A program made the translations under genes and the position numbers. A DNA stretch of 51,836 bases, from IMG/VR virus record IMGVR_UViG_3300009488_000003; one strand, given 5' to 3'. Positions within the stretch are counted from its first letter, which is position 1. Every line of letters starts with the position of its first letter. The stretch is from a virus. The notes under the pieces are model-generated. The model had not been told where the DNA came from, did not search any database, and worked only from the letters and a program-made list of their open reading frames with translations. Below are positions 34,743 to 41,972 of this stretch, in pieces.

Positions 34743-34941
34743 CTTTGTCTCCCATGTTCAACGGGCGGCTCGTCGGAGCCGCGAACTCTAAGAAGGTCAC
34801 CGTTTCGTCGTCCGAGCGGTCGAAGTGGACGTAATGGTGGTGGTCGATCCGCAAAGTGCAGCCCGACAGCAAGATCAGTGCGGCGACCCCGCCCACGAGC
34901 AAAGCCACCGCACCTTTCCGCGACTGTTTCGTTGTCACCAT
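34726..34941 (-). CDS. small lipoprotein (71 aa)
   Basis: The signal sequence ends in the lipobox LLSGC. Confidence 0.5.
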   Translation of the reverse strand: MVTTKQSRKGAVALLVGGVAALILLSGCTLRIDHHHYVHFDRSDDETVTFLEFAAPTSRPLNMGDKDAEVP

Positions 34942-34943
34942 CA

Positions 34944-35081
34944 CTACAGGCAACCCCACGTCAGCCAGGCGCCAATCGCAATCACCACGAGGCAAACCAC
35001 GATGACGAATATCGGCCCGTTGACAGAATCTCGAACCTGCGCGGGCTTACGCGGGTCAGGGATCGGGCGTTGCTTGGTCAT
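34944..35081 (-). CDS. single-pass membrane peptide (45 aa)
   Basis: GGAAGGG lies before the ATG. Transmembrane segment IFVIVVCLVVIAIGAWLTW. Translated by hand. Confidence 0.45.
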   Translation of the reverse strand: MTKQRPIPDPRKPAQVRDSVNGPIFVIVVCLVVIAIGAWLTWGCL

Positions 35082-35232
35082 CGGTCATCCCTTCCAGTTC
35101 TGCAATTATGTCGTCGAGGTCTTGGCCAACTGGTTCCCGTGTCGCCACGGGTGGCAGAACGCCGGGGCGAGCCAGTAGAACACGTAAGCTCCGCAGAACC
35201 ACGATCAGCGTGTCTCGCAACTGGTCATCCAT
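35056..35232 (-). CDS. hypothetical protein (58 aa)
   Basis: GAGGTGACCG-ATG start context. Translated by hand codon by codon. Confidence 0.45.
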   Translation of the reverse strand: MDDQLRDTLIVVLRSLRVLLARPGVLPPVATREPVGQDLDDIIAELEGMTDDQATPDP

Positions 35233-35306
35233 CGGTCACCTCACAAGGTGGCACCGCGCCGACGGTGTGGCGCCGACGCGATGCCCACAGGAGGAGGAGA
35301 GAGAAG

Positions 35307-35603
35307 TCAGTCATCGTCGGCCTTGCTGAAATCCATCTCGCCGTCGAACTCGAATGTCACTTCTGAGCCGAGCGACCATCGAGTGCCGGCCGACAGGGGC
35401 GCACCGTTGACTCGCACAAGCACCCGACCCTTGGCGTTGCCGTCTTCGAGAAACGCTTGTGCGTCATGCAGTGAGATGTTCGCGGCCCCCTCACCGCACC
35501 CACAAGCGAACGCGAAGATACCGACCAGGATGACGCCCAGCGCGACCTTCATCGCCCAGGCCCAGTGCTCGCCGCGTTGCGTTTCTCGTTTGGTGAATGG
35601 CAT
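35307..35603 (-). CDS. signal-anchored or lipoprotein-like protein (98 aa)
   Basis: MKVALGVILVGIFAFACG hydrophobic segment followed by Cys. Confidence 0.45.
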   Translation of the reverse strand: MPFTKRETQRGEHWAWAMKVALGVILVGIFAFACGCGEGAANISLHDAQAFLEDGNAKGRVLVRVNGAPLSAGTRWSLGSEVTFEFDGEMDFSKADDD

Positions 35604-35616
35604 TCCATTTTTCCTT

Positions 35617-36000
35617 TCACATAGCAGCTTCACTCAGAAAAATCAAAAGCGCGTTGTTCTTGCGATGAAGACGATGTTGCCCAGCCAATGCCTCAACCCG
35701 GCCGGGCCGGTCATAACCCATCTTCTTCATCGCGCCTGCCAGCGGCACTATGCGGCGCCCGTAACGGTGGTTGCCATGCGGCGGGTTCTTCCACACGGCA
35801 ACTGGAGCCTCACCATCCAGCGGTCGGCGCAGCGCAAGAACCTTCGTCTCCGCGTCGAACAGCAGCGTAGCATGTCCATCAAGTCCGGCGTACTTCAAGT
35901 CGTCTTCGTGGAAATACGCTCGCCCAGCCTTTGTTAAGGTGACGATACCGGCCGGCACGCGCTCGCTCGTGTTCTTGTTCCTGTAGACCTGGAGCGCCAC
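35617..36000 (-). CDS. hypothetical protein (127 aa)
   Basis: GTG start coupled to the upstream mini-gene. Confidence 0.55.
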   Translation of the reverse strand: MALQVYRNKNTSERVPAGIVTLTKAGRAYFHEDDLKYAGLDGHATLLFDAETKVLALRRPLDGEAPVAVWKNPPHGNHRYGRRIVPLAGAMKKMGYDRPGRVEALAGQHRLHRKNNALLIFLSEAAM

Positions 36001-36003
36001 GGT

Positions 36004-36090
36004 CTATCCTTCCACCCCCAGAATCACGTAGTCGATGGCCCCCGACAACAGCCGCCAGAGTTCAATGGCCCAGTCCAGATAGTAAATCAT
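36004..36090 (-). CDS. hydrophobic peptide (28 aa)
   Basis: AAGGAG lies before the ATG. Sequence MIYYLDWAIELWRLLSGAIDYVILGVEG. Confidence 0.35.
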   Translation of the reverse strand: MIYYLDWAIELWRLLSGAIDYVILGVEG

Positions 36091-36235
36091 CGCTTGCTCC
36101 TTTTGTAGGTACCCAGAACAAACACACAAAGTCAATCGTTTGTCTCCCCTACTCTGTTACTGTAACGTCGAAAATGTCGTTATGCCGCCAGCACCACCAA
36201 TTGCGTTGCCACCACCTGATGGCTGTGCCGCCCCC

Positions 36236-36727
36236 TCAGCAACCGCTCCCTTGTGAGAGTAACACCGTAGACTCGCCGTCGGCAATGCACTGGAACGTGA
36301 ACCGCACGGGGAAAGGCTCGTCTGAGCACGTCAAGTCCGGCAACCCATTGTGCTGTATGTAGCCACGCCAGTGAAAGTCGCCGTCGTCGTAATCATAGTC
36401 GTTTGGGTCATTCGGGTCAGGATCGATCAGCCAATGCCAAATGTGCCAATCGGCGTCCCAGTCCACGTCCACCCACTCCACGCCGGTGCAAACGATGTGC
36501 TCGGTGTCATAGTAACACAGCACTTCAACCAAGCGGTACTTGTCGGGGTCTCTGGGGCCACTGGGCTGCACCTTGATGTCGATATAGAAGTCCTCCCCTT
36601 TGGATACCTCGATTACGGCGGGCCAGCCGTACACGTCGATGCCGGGCGGCGGACACTGCGGTATGCGCACGGCCGCGAGAAGCAAGCCAGCCAGAACAAC
36701 AGTAATCAGTAACAGCAACTTCCTCAT
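36236..36727 (-). CDS. secreted Asp/Trp-rich protein (163 aa)
   Basis: Signal peptide MRKLLLLITVVLAGLLLAAV. CAGGAG lies before the ATG. Confidence 0.6.
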   Translation of the reverse strand: MRKLLLLITVVLAGLLLAAVRIPQCPPPGIDVYGWPAVIEVSKGEDFYIDIKVQPSGPRDPDKYRLVEVLCYYDTEHIVCTGVEWVDVDWDADWHIWHWLIDPDPNDPNDYDYDDGDFHWRGYIQHNGLPDLTCSDEPFPVRFTFQCIADGESTVLLSQGSGC

Positions 36728-36744
36728 CGTTCATCTCCTGAAAA

Positions 36745-36756
36745 GGTGCGGCGGGC
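36745..36756 (-). promoter_or_regulatory. copy of GCCCGCCGCAYC element
   Basis: The minus strand reads GCCCGCCGCACC about 25 nt before the start at 36727. TTGACC-16-TAAATC lies just upstream. Confidence 0.4.
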
Positions 36757-37016
36757 CGGTGATTTATTGTTGCGGCTGTCACGGTCAACAGGCGCAATCC
36801 TGAGACCTCCTGCCACCAGAGCGACAGTCACTGGCCTCCCTCGTCGCGATACGGCCGCAAGCAGGTCACTGTCCACCCGCGGTCAGCCGCCGCCGCAAGT
36901 TCGCTATCTACTACTCTTGAACATAAACAAACGTCTGTCCAACTGACAACGAAGTCATCGGCACCTTTCGCGTGTACGAGTCGGCTATGGTCGCCATGTT
37001 TTTTCACCCAGCATGG

Positions 37017-37361
37017 TCACTCCTTTTTCGCCACTAGTACGTCGAGCCGCTTATGCACTGCCTTGAAACCATCGTGGGTTTCTTTCCGCATCTCGCGGAG
37101 CTGCTCCTTCGTCTCGTTCTGTGACTTGTGGATCGCCTCTTGGTGAGCCCCGAGCCCCGCGATCGCCGCCGTGTTGGCCGAGATGCCATCCCCGTGGTCG
37201 CGGCAGACCTGGCCCAGCCCTGGCTTGCAGTTCGGGCCGTTCTGCCGGTTGTTCCGCCGCCGCTCGACTATACTGCCGACAACCCCGCCCGAAAGCAGCA
37301 CGCCGAGTGCTATACCGATTATCTCGGTCGCGTTGAGGGCCTGGACGGCGAGCATCAGCAT
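37017..37361 (-). CDS. N-terminally anchored coiled-coil protein (114 aa)
   Basis: Transmembrane segment IIGIALGVLLSGGVVGSIV followed by a charged helix. It could be spanin-like or holin-like. Confidence 0.5.
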   Translation of the reverse strand: MLMLAVQALNATEIIGIALGVLLSGGVVGSIVERRRNNRQNGPNCKPGLGQVCRDHGDGISANTAAIAGLGAHQEAIHKSQNETKEQLREMRKETHDGFKAVHKRLDVLVAKKE

Positions 37362-37882
37362 CCCCCACCTCCCGGAACCGCTCCCGAAACGCCTTGGGTA
37401 GTATCTTGCCCCGGCTGGTTTGGTTTCGTGCGATCCTGGCGCCAGAGGCCCCCCTGTGTGCAGGATTCCTTGCCAAGTCGAACACGTGCCATCTCATCAG
37501 CAGACGCACCCGGTCCACCAGGCGGGACTCGCGACGGTCGGATAAGTTCCAAGGCCTCAGATATGTTATCGGACGGCAACGTAGCCCCGAGCTCAAAATC
37601 GCCCTCCTGTTGAATCTCCCCACCCAAGGCTCTGATTTTGGCTAGAGCAGCTTTCACGCCCCGGCCTGATTTGTAGCACAGATAGATGCTCAGTCGGTCA
37701 CCATCCATCGCTACGTAGCCATCGCGACCTACAATCGCGTCCCAGCGGTCTTCGGCTCCGGCAAAAGCCTGGCGCGCAGCGGGGATACGAGGCTTGCACC
37801 GAGCAGGAGGAACAGGGCCGCCATCATGCAGATTTCGCGTGCGAAGACGATGCTGTTTGGCGTAGCCAAGAAGGTCGAACAT
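37355..37882 (-). CDS. hypothetical protein (175 aa)
   Basis: The start is preceded by the 31-nt repeat at 37889-37919. Confidence 0.55.
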   Translation of the reverse strand: MFDLLGYAKQHRLRTRNLHDGGPVPPARCKPRIPAARQAFAGAEDRWDAIVGRDGYVAMDGDRLSIYLCYKSGRGVKAALAKIRALGGEIQQEGDFELGATLPSDNISEALELIRPSRVPPGGPGASADEMARVRLGKESCTQGGLWRQDRTKPNQPGQDTTQGVSGAVPGGGGC

Positions 37883-38131
37883 CTAGCACCTGCCAGCTAT
37901 ATCGCGGTCCGGCCCGTCCTGGCATCTCTGACTACCGGGCTGCCCCGCAGAATCGCCTGACGGGGCTGAGAATCGCTTTTTGGGGGTGCTGAAGCGTCTC
38001 CGGCAGGATGGGCGGTTGTGTTCGATTGCCGCCTTGATACGCGGCCAAACCTCCTCGTCATAGCCCGAGTCATCTGCGGACCACTCATCGAGGAGGACAG
38101 ACAACCGTGCATACCTCTCAAGCCTGCTCAT
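37883..38131 (-). CDS. hypothetical protein (82 aa)
   Basis: The ATG at 38131 is preceded by the second copy of the 31-nt repeat. Confidence 0.5.
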   Translation of the reverse strand: MSRLERYARLSVLLDEWSADDSGYDEEVWPRIKAAIEHNRPSCRRRFSTPKKRFSAPSGDSAGQPGSQRCQDGPDRDIAGRC

Positions 38132-38197
38132 GGCCCACCTACCAGCTATTTCGCGGTCGAGCCCGTACCGTAGCACAAAATCTGGGGGCTGGCAAGG

Positions 38198-38482
38198 TCA
38201 TTTCTGCTCTCCCTCGACGCGGGCGAGGGTCTCAACGGCGATTGCAGCCCACCACAATCCGCGAGCCCACTCGGCACAGCCATCTCGAATTTCCTGCAAG
38301 CCCTTCACCGCCTCATCCCGCTGTTGTTCGAGTCGGTCAACTTCGGCCTCGAGTTCGTTGATCCGACATTTGTCAAATTGGTAGGGCTCCCGGCCATGTT
38401 TGATTGAACCGCAGAGCCACTCGCCACGGCGCGCTTTCGCATCCCAGCGCTTGGGCTTTGCGCCACACCACGGGCAATTCAT
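38198..38482 (-). CDS. zinc-ribbon plus coiled-coil protein (94 aa)
   Basis: MNCPWCG...WLCGS motif. Confidence 0.55.
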   Translation of the reverse strand: MNCPWCGAKPKRWDAKARRGEWLCGSIKHGREPYQFDKCRINELEAEVDRLEQQRDEAVKGLQEIRDGCAEWARGLWWAAIAVETLARVEGEQK

Positions 38483-39414
38483 TTCTCGTCTCCCTCAGCC
38501 ATCCCCATGCCCTGAGCACCACGCGCGTAGGCAAGGATGTGATCCCAGAAATACCGACTCCGGCCAGGCTCGGGGTAGTGCCATAGGTGGTCCATCCGAT
38601 CGGCATCGTTCCGCAGAAACTGCCCGTACAGTTCCGAGAGGTCGGTCGGGTAGACGCAGTGGTTCTGCCACCAGCCCCTCTGAGGATGGTAGCCCGAACC
38701 GAGCGTGATCCACGGGGCCTGGCGCGGGCAACTACGGCCGTCGGGCGCCCAGCGGATGTTGGCCTGGCCCGAGCTTACGTGGAATCGCGTCGTTGTGTCA
38801 TCCATGTCGTAGGGGCGGTAGAGTGACGCCGCGTAGTAGTCCATCTCTGGGCCGTACACACCTTGTCCGTGCTTGCGGTTCGGGGCGGCGTACCAGACGA
38901 TCGCGGCGTCAGGGTAAACAGCACGGCCGAGGTCATCGAAAACCTGTAGCAGGGCAGCCAGTTGGTCGTTGGAGTCAGCCAGGATGTCGTTGGGGCCGAT
39001 CTTGGAGACATACTCCTGGGAGGTGTAGACCTCATGATCGAACATCAGGACGAACAGCTTTTGCCCCGGCCACAGCGCTTCTATCCGTTCCTTGAATCGG
39101 CGGGCCTCTCCCAGAAACCGAGCTTGGTCGGCAAGGTACGCACAGGGATCATTACTATGTCGCGTCGCCCAGTAGGGCGACCACTGCACGGCGACCTTGG
39201 CGTTTGTCTGTCGGGCCACGCGAATCCCAGCATCCCAATCGGTGTCGTCTTTGAGTGCCAGGCTCACGGCCCTCGTAACGCGGGCGAACTCGACCGCGAC
39301 GGCATGATTTTCTTTGTCCCACCAGTTGCCCCTGAGATTCCAGGTGTAGTGCGTCAACCACAATGGGGGCGTTTCACACAGCGCCTTGAACTGTTCAGCC
39401 GTTGGGGGATTCAT
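38479..39414 (-). CDS. hypothetical protein (311 aa), function unassigned
   Basis: GAAGGAG lies before the ATG at 39414. It is Trp/Tyr-rich and is the only mid-sized early protein without a call. Confidence 0.5.
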   Translation of the reverse strand: MNPPTAEQFKALCETPPLWLTHYTWNLRGNWWDKENHAVAVEFARVTRAVSLALKDDTDWDAGIRVARQTNAKVAVQWSPYWATRHSNDPCAYLADQARFLGEARRFKERIEALWPGQKLFVLMFDHEVYTSQEYVSKIGPNDILADSNDQLAALLQVFDDLGRAVYPDAAIVWYAAPNRKHGQGVYGPEMDYYAASLYRPYDMDDTTTRFHVSSGQANIRWAPDGRSCPRQAPWITLGSGYHPQRGWWQNHCVYPTDLSELYGQFLRNDADRMDHLWHYPEPGRSRYFWDHILAYARGAQGMGMAEGDEK

Positions 39415-39475
39415 GGTGTCTCCTTCATTCCGTCCACCGCCAGCACGGCCGCGTGGTATTCCGGCTGGTTCATGT

Positions 39476-39670
39476 TCACAGTTCCCGGATTTCGACGCGG
39501 ACGATGCGCACTCCCGGCCGATCGCCCCAAATAAACAATTTCGTCCGCCGCGCCTCTCGGCGCGTAGCCCACGTCGCCCTTTGGTGTTCATCTCGCACAA
39601 ACAACACGCGCCCCCCGTGGTTCAAAAGTGCGGCCCAGCGTTTTTCGCTATGCTTCTTCGTCTTTTTCAT
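39476..39670 (-). CDS. basic protein (64 aa)
   Basis: GAGGG lies 8 nt before the ATG. Confidence 0.45.
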   Translation of the reverse strand: MKKTKKHSEKRWAALLNHGGRVLFVRDEHQRATWATRREARRTKLFIWGDRPGVRIVRVEIREL

Positions 39671-40058
39671 TCTTCATTCCCTCTACCGCCAGTACGGCAG
39701 CGTGGCAGCGTTGGTCGGGGGTTGCCCAGGCATAACACCAAGTCCTGTTGCCCGCAATAAACTCAGCCGTGCTCAACAGGCCCTCTAGATAGGCAGCCCA
39801 CGCGGACTCCAAGCCTAGCGACACAATCCGCTCCTGCACCTCCCAAGCCTGGGCGATGTTCTTGGTGGGGCGGTAGGCTTTGACACAAACACCATTGCTC
39901 CATAACTGGAAACCACTCATATCTTCGGCTGCATTGCTCGGCTCTTTAATGTCTGAATAATCGAACGATCGCTCGTCGGTTAGTTCAAGCCGCATCACCT
40001 TCGTCGCCACCTTTTCGTTCCGCTGCTCGACGGTCAGGCTGTCCCAGGTGTTGCTCAT
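39648..40058 (-). CDS. hypothetical protein (136 aa)
   Basis: ATGA overlap with the upstream stop, with GGAG upstream. Confidence 0.55.
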   Translation of the reverse strand: MSNTWDSLTVEQRNEKVATKVMRLELTDERSFDYSDIKEPSNAAEDMSGFQLWSNGVCVKAYRPTKNIAQAWEVQERIVSLGLESAWAAYLEGLLSTAEFIAGNRTWCYAWATPDQRCHAAVLAVEGMKNEKDEEA

Positions 40059-40534
40059 GGCCGCTGCTCCGTTTCTTTGGTCGTCAGAACCCAGACCCAA
40101 TCGTTCACCCGTTCCACCCGCACCTCGACGAGTTCGAGGAAGATGCGCGCCGCCCAACGGGGCATGTAGCGACCAGGCTTCATCGTATACCAGCAGTTGC
40201 CATCAGCCTTGTAACCAAGAACTCCGTGCGGCCCTTGCTTTGGCCACGCCGCAAGGCAAGCATCACAAGCACAGGGGCAGAATGCTTCCCGCACATACAG
40301 CCCATCGCCGGGAACGCCGTAGGGGCAACTATTTCTCAGCAAGTTCTTTAGTGCCCAAAGCTTCATACCACCAACGCCGTACTGTTCTTTCCACGCCCAC
40401 GATGGGTATGCCGTATCCGACTGATTTGACTTGTTGAAGGGCTGCGGCTTCACCACCCGCCGCGTCTGAATCTTCGTACTAGCCAGATACGCCCGCACGC
40501 TCTCGGGGCCACAGATCAAGCCACGCCACTTCAT
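40055..40534 (-). CDS. conserved-phage-type protein with an N-terminal K-x-Q-T-R-R motif (ASCH-like?)
   Basis: STKIQTRRVVKPQP motif. AGGTGACGCG-ATG start context. Confidence 0.4.
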   Translation of the reverse strand: MKWRGLICGPESVRAYLASTKIQTRRVVKPQPFNKSNQSDTAYPSWAWKEQYGVGGMKLWALKNLLRNSCPYGVPGDGLYVREAFCPCACDACLAAWPKQGPHGVLGYKADGNCWYTMKPGRYMPRWAARIFLELVEVRVERVNDWVWVLTTKETEQRP

Positions 40535-40542
40535 CGCGTCAC

Positions 40543-40740
40543 CTAGTAGTATCCCTCAAACGGCATCCGCACACGCCCATGCTGCTTGCATGTCGCATTC
40601 GGCTCCGTGGGATGTAATTGTTCCAGCCCGTTGACTAGAATGGTCTCGTCCGGCTTGACAAAACGGCCGCACACGGGGCAGGTTCGGTTGAACAACGCCC
40701 CGCCCTGGTATGATATCAGCCGTGAACCTTCAGTCATCAT
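40543..40740 (-). CDS. zinc-ribbon peptide (65 aa)
   Basis: CPVCG..C..H motif. GAGGTGACGCG-ATG start context. Confidence 0.5.
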   Translation of the reverse strand: MMTEGSRLISYQGGALFNRTCPVCGRFVKPDETILVNGLEQLHPTEPNATCKQHGRVRMPFEGYY

Positions 40741-40749
40741 CGCGTCACC

Positions 40750-40944
40750 TCAAGTTTGCGGGCGTGCCGCCGAACGCTTGCCCAACGCTTCAAATGCGCG
40801 CACGTGAAACTCGTAGATGTTCGTGTCTTGCCACATCCGCGAATCGCCACATAGCAACCAGCCACATACAGACTGCTCGACAAGTCTAACGAGCGCTTTG
40901 TGCCATGCTGGACCAAGTGATTTCAGTAAGTCCAAATCGGTCAT
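40750..40944 (-). CDS. hypothetical protein (64 aa)
   Basis: TTAGGAG lies before the ATG at 40944, which is Met25 of the listed ORF. Confidence 0.5.
   Translation of the reverse strand: MTDLDLLKSLGPAWHKALVRLVEQSVCGWLLCGDSRMWQDTNIYEFHVRAFEALGKRSAARPQT
40757..40775 (-). promoter_or_regulatory. 19-nt repeat GTTCGGCGGCACGCCCGCA (copy 1)
   Basis: Near-identical copies lie at 40960-40978 and 41209-41227. Each ends 15-35 nt before a start codon. Confidence 0.5.
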
Positions 40945-40959
40945 TACAACTCCTAACTG

Positions 40960-40978
40960 TACGGGCGTGCCGCCGAAC
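40960..40978 (-). promoter_or_regulatory. 19-nt repeat GTTCGGCGGCACGCCCGTA (copy 2)
   Basis: Intergenic, followed by TACAGTTAGGAG and then the ATG. Confidence 0.5.
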
Positions 40979-40981
40979 GTC

Positions 40982-41188
40982 TCAAGGCCAGTTTTCAAGT
41001 TCTTCGGCCGAAGCATTAGTATTTACAATAGCATCCGTTTTGTCGTGGATGGCGTGGCGATGTCCTCGCTTGGCGGCTAACCTCTTGGCGCATTGACCGC
41101 CACAAGCGTAACCACCGAAGCTGCTACCCAAGCCGCCTTTGTCGAAATCAAACTCTTTGCCACAGTTGTTGCAGGTTTGCATGTCCAC
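40982..41188 (-). CDS. zinc-finger peptide (68 aa)
   Basis: CNNCG...C motif, with AGGAG upstream. Confidence 0.5.
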   Translation of the reverse strand: MDMQTCNNCGKEFDFDKGGLGSSFGGYACGGQCAKRLAAKRGHRHAIHDKTDAIVNTNASAEELENWP

Positions 41189-41208
41189 CAGTTACTCCTT
41201 TGAAGTTA

Positions 41209-41227
41209 TGCGGGCGTGCCGCCGAAC
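41209..41227 (-). promoter_or_regulatory. 19-nt repeat GTTCGGCGGCACGCCCGCA (copy 3)
   Basis: Intergenic, followed by TAACTTCAAAGGAG. Confidence 0.5.
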
Positions 41228-41283
41228 ATCGACGGTGATGCGAGTCATCCCGAGTAGGTGAATCTGAGGCGTATCGATTCCTC

Positions 41284-41478
41284 TCAACTCGCATCGTCCT
41301 CACGCCCGCTTAGTTTCATCGCTGCCTTCCAGGCGTTGGCCATGTGCTTGCGGCATTCGTCACAGAGGTAGGTTCTCCGCTTGAACCCGACGAGGTCTAT
41401 CTCACACAAACACGCCTCGAAGGGGGCGCCCCGCTTGCTGTGACACCGTTCACACTCATTCCAGAGATCGAGCATCAT
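41284..41478 (-). CDS. Cys-rich peptide (64 aa)
   Basis: CERCH..C..C..CDEC pattern. Confidence 0.5.
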   Translation of the reverse strand: MMLDLWNECERCHSKRGAPFEACLCEIDLVGFKRRTYLCDECRKHMANAWKAAMKLSGREDDAS

Positions 41479-41963
41479 CCGTCCTCACGCCTGGTTTTGA
41501 TGTAGGCCAGCCCCAAGCCGAGTGCCGACCATACGTCCTTGCCCTTTATACCATAGAGCGGGCCGGGAGCCTTCTTCGTTCCGACCGCCTTTTCGTTGCC
41601 GCCCCAGTGATCCAGCACCGCGGCACGCAGTTGAGGCGGGCCAGCGTGCGTCGTGCCGCACAACTCTCGCAGCACCTCTCCGCGGCTCATGCGCTCGGTG
41701 TCGTGAAACCCGAAGGCTTCCATGAACCTGCCGGTCTGCACGCAAGTCTCGAAGATGGCCGCGTTGACCATGCGACCGTAGTACACCGTCTTCTCCACCA
41801 CCAGCCGAGCGTCATCGGTGACTTGGCCATGGCGAGAAACAAGCTCGGCGACATCGTCGTTGCCCTCGCAGCCCCAGTTGGCTACGTGGATGTCGCGTTC
41901 CGAGACCTGCAACATAACGTGACCGCTTACCACTGGGCCGGGATCAATCGCCATGACGTACAT
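41475..41963 (-). CDS. ruvC: RuvC-like Holliday-junction resolvase
   Basis: MAIDPGP at the N-terminus, then VVEK, then KDVWSALGLGLAY. The order of acidic residues matches RuvC. Confidence 0.65.
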   Translation of the reverse strand: MYVMAIDPGPVVSGHVMLQVSERDIHVANWGCEGNDDVAELVSRHGQVTDDARLVVEKTVYYGRMVNAAIFETCVQTGRFMEAFGFHDTERMSRGEVLRELCGTTHAGPPQLRAAVLDHWGGNEKAVGTKKAPGPLYGIKGKDVWSALGLGLAYIKTRREDG

Positions 41964-41972
41964 GGTAGTTCC

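Noticed and set aside
36101-36235. sigma70 promoter TTGACT-18-TACCTA upstream of the 28-codon ORF
   Set aside because: The -35 box is good, but the -10 box matches only 2 of 6 positions and lacks the final T. That is too weak to call.
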